From a virus, in the IMG/VR virus record IMGVR_UViG_3300029305_000264, positions 1 through 64,000 of that record: DNA of 64,000 nt. One strand, 5' to 3'. A program made the position numbers and the translations under genes. The notes below the pieces were generated by a model, which was not told where the DNA came from, made no database searches, and was given only the letters and a program-made list of their open reading frames with translations. Shown here piece by piece: positions 62,107 through 64,000 of this stretch (positions are counted from its first letter, which is position 1; each line of letters starts with the position of its first letter).

Positions 62107-62491
62107 ATGGGAAAACTATCCTTCCGGGAAAACGCCATTGAACGAAACAAACATGAACAAGATGGATGCCGCGATTGATGAACTGGATAATCGCATAATC
62201 GAACTTGATTTGAATATGCAGGCACCCATCACGGAAGCGGCGGCAAGTGCGGCAAATGCGCAGGCATCGGCAAATGCCGCGGCAGGAAGTGCAAGCGCGG
62301 CGGCGGCAAGTGAAAACAAGGCAAAGGCAAGTGAAGAAGTGTGTGTGGATGCCTTGGAAGAAGTCCGGCAGATAACACACAACACACAATTTGCTGTGAA
62401 CTTTACAACCGGGAATTTGGAATACAATGCACCGAAGTATGTGTTCGCAGTAAATAACCAAAGCGGAAATCTCGAATGGGGGGTGCGATAA
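62081..62491 (+). CDS. tail fibre-associated protein
   Basis: Homolog of 24103-24492 (ENYPSGKTPLNETNMNKMDAAIDELDNRI). Confidence 0.55.
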   Translation: MQKAYRRIEWENYPSGKTPLNETNMNKMDAAIDELDNRIIELDLNMQAPITEAAASAANAQASANAAAGSASAAAASENKAKASEEVCVDALEEVRQITHNTQFAVNFTTGNLEYNAPKYVFAVNNQSGNLEWGVR

Positions 62492-62677
62492 TGGAAAACG
62501 CAGGAAGAATTTTATTGATGCCGAAGGGTGACTATTCGGCATCCACTACATACGCAATGCTTGATATTGTAAACCATTCCGGGGCATCGTGGGTATGCAA
62601 GCAGGCTTGCACCGGGCAGACACCATCGGACAGCAACACAGCATATTGGCAGAGGTTAGGAATAGCGGTTGACCTTG
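62354..62677. repeat. 324-nt segment nearly identical to 24355-24678
   Basis: 3 mismatches counted by eye; spans the gene junction 62081-62491 / 62491-63165. Confidence 0.9.
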
Positions 62678-63165
62678 CGAACTACTTACCGCTTGTTAAT
62701 AGTGCGACAATGGAAGTCAAGACTGCACAAGCGGCAACATTAACCTTAAACAATACAAATCCAACACATGGAGTAAATTACGTTCAGTATAAGAGTACGG
62801 TTGGCGATATGGGTTATTTGGGCTTTTCTGCAATCAACAACCCTGCATTTATGAGTACAGGTGGTGTAGTAAGTGACCTTCTCCACACTGGCAACAAGCC
62901 TACTGGCACTTACACTGGAAATGGTAGTGCTACGGCAAGAACTGTAAAAGTCGGTGGAGTTGGTAACTGTATCATGGTTAGAAGGGTTAGTTCGGAAGAT
63001 TTTGCAATCGTAACAGAAAGCGGATATATCGGAAGAAAGGGTGGTGTGGTAGTTACTGGCTCAGATGCGTATTGGACGAGAGATGGTGGAGGAAATTTGT
63101 ATATGGCTACAACATCGGAACTGTTTAATGCTAGTGGCGGAAGCTATTATTATGAGCTGTTATAA
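62491..63165 (+). CDS. tail fibre / candidate receptor-binding protein (variable C-terminus)
   Basis: N-terminal ~60 aa identical to 24492-25136, then divergent. Confidence 0.6.
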   Translation: MENAGRILLMPKGDYSASTTYAMLDIVNHSGASWVCKQACTGQTPSDSNTAYWQRLGIAVDLANYLPLVNSATMEVKTAQAATLTLNNTNPTHGVNYVQYKSTVGDMGYLGFSAINNPAFMSTGGVVSDLLHTGNKPTGTYTGNGSATARTVKVGGVGNCIMVRRVSSEDFAIVTESGYIGRKGGVVVTGSDAYWTRDGGGNLYMATTSELFNASGGSYYYELL

Positions 63166-63179
63166 GAAAGGAGCATACC

Positions 63180-63557
63180 ATGAGCGAAATCTTAGAAAAT
63201 ATCGAAACTCCGATTGAGGAAGAAATCGTTGAAATTCCGCAGAGGGTAAATCCTTTCTGTGTTATTTCCAAGGGAACTACGGGAGAGTATGCGGTGAGGG
63301 ACATTCAGACTAATTCCGCATGGAGTGAAAATCCGTATGAAGATTATGCGGTTGTTCCCGATGATATGGTTGCAGATATTCTTGAAACGAAAGGGTTCTG
63401 TGACATTGTACTGAATGAGGACGGAACTGAGGTTGTGGAGTTTACTCCGAGAGAGATTCCGGAGATTCCGACACCGGAACCCGAAACACCGTCTTCCGAC
63501 AGTAACGTGTGGGATGAAATGGCACTCGCAATCGAGGAAGGGGTGAATGAGGTATGA
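63180..63557 (+). CDS. hypothetical tail-fibre module protein
   Basis: Homolog of 25151-25465. Confidence 0.5.
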   Translation: MSEILENIETPIEEEIVEIPQRVNPFCVISKGTTGEYAVRDIQTNSAWSENPYEDYAVVPDDMVADILETKGFCDIVLNEDGTEVVEFTPREIPEIPTPEPETPSSDSNVWDEMALAIEEGVNEV

Positions 63558-64000
63558 CAAGCAAAGATTTTGTGTTAGACACCATGCGAAAGTATGGAAG
63601 AAAAGTTGCAGAGGAATTGCAGGAGAAAGCAGAGAGTATGACCGGAACCGAACTGTATGAAGAATATGGTTTCATTCCTTCTTTCTATGCAGCATGTGCA
63701 AAGTGCAATATGCTTGATCGTCCGGTGGGTTTTGTGTGTCGTTCTCCGCAGGGCAGAGTTGTGAAGCTGTTGCAGCCGTATGACAGCACTGTATTCACAG
63801 CGGAACCGGAAGATTTGCCTGCACAGTGGGGATTCAAGTGGTCACAGGATCCGAAACACGCACTTCCGTATGTGGCAATTTCCACAAGTCCTTATGGCAC
63901 AGGGGATTGTTGCACCGAAGATGATGTTGTATATCGTTCCTTGATTGACAACAATGTTTGGAAGCCTTCTGAATATCCGCAGGGATGGGAAGCAGTAACG
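63554..64000 (+). CDS. tail-module protein with CBM5/12-like C-terminal motif (3' end cut by window)
   Basis: Hand-translated from ATG 63554 (ATGA overlap), open to nt 64000; …VYRSLIDNNVWKPSEYPQGWEAVT parallels the end of 25469-25891. Confidence 0.55.
   Translation, partial: MTSKDFVLDTMRKYGRKVAEELQEKAESMTGTELYEEYGFIPSFYAACAKCNMLDRPVGFVCRSPQGRVVKLLQPYDSTVFTAEPEDLPAQWGFKWSQDPKHALPYVAISTSPYGTGDCCTEDDVVYRSLIDNNVWKPSEYPQGWEAVT

Larger units (their letters stand above)
32036..64000 (+). mobile_element. Prophage 2 (related mosaic siphovirus-like prophage; right end truncated by window; left boundary uncertain)
   Basis: Serine integrase + cI/Cro switch at the left end, then early genes and a structural operon homologous to prophage 1. 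Confidence 0.85.

Overview
The window is entirely phage DNA: two related but mosaic siphovirus-like prophages lie head-to-tail, and I saw no host housekeeping gene, rRNA, tRNA or CRISPR array by eye. Strong GGAGG-type RBSs, serine-integrase lysogeny and SPP1/TP901-like families suggest a Bacillota (Clostridia-like) host; this is inference only.

Prophage 1 (1 to about 31.6 kb, left end cut by the window) runs in this order:
- DUF1351, RecT, MazG, SSB and a replisome organizer with internal iterons
- a DUF1492 sigma-like regulator and small Cys-rich ORFs
- TerS, TerL, portal, MuF, scaffold, capsid and connectors
- major tail protein, -1 frameshifted chaperones and two tandem tape-measure genes
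- two successive tail-tip modules, a small membrane protein, and a surface-anchored EndA-like nuclease that looks like an accessory 'moron' gene

Prophage 2 (about 32.0 to 64.0 kb, right end cut) starts with a minus-strand large serine recombinase. It continues with a cI/Cro-type switch, Gp157, a Rad52-like annealase, NinB, accessory nucleases and a replisome organizer with different iterons. The structural operon is homologous to prophage 1, with clear module swaps:
- a different capsid gene
- a GIY-YIG homing endonuclease inserted ahead of terS
- a holin plus NlpC/P60-like lysin inserted after MuF

The most interesting items:
- a MuF protein with an unassigned ~220-aa Cys/His C-terminal extension plus an overlapping small ORF (candidate capsid-delivered toxin and immunity pair)
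- the paired tape-measure genes and duplicated tail-tip sets, conserved in both phages
- a conserved leader with two covarying terminator hairpins ahead of terS (candidate antitermination switch)
- a 324-nt nearly identical segment shared by the two tail-fibre loci
- the unusual prophage-prophage junction

All function calls come from motif recognition by eye. No database search was run.
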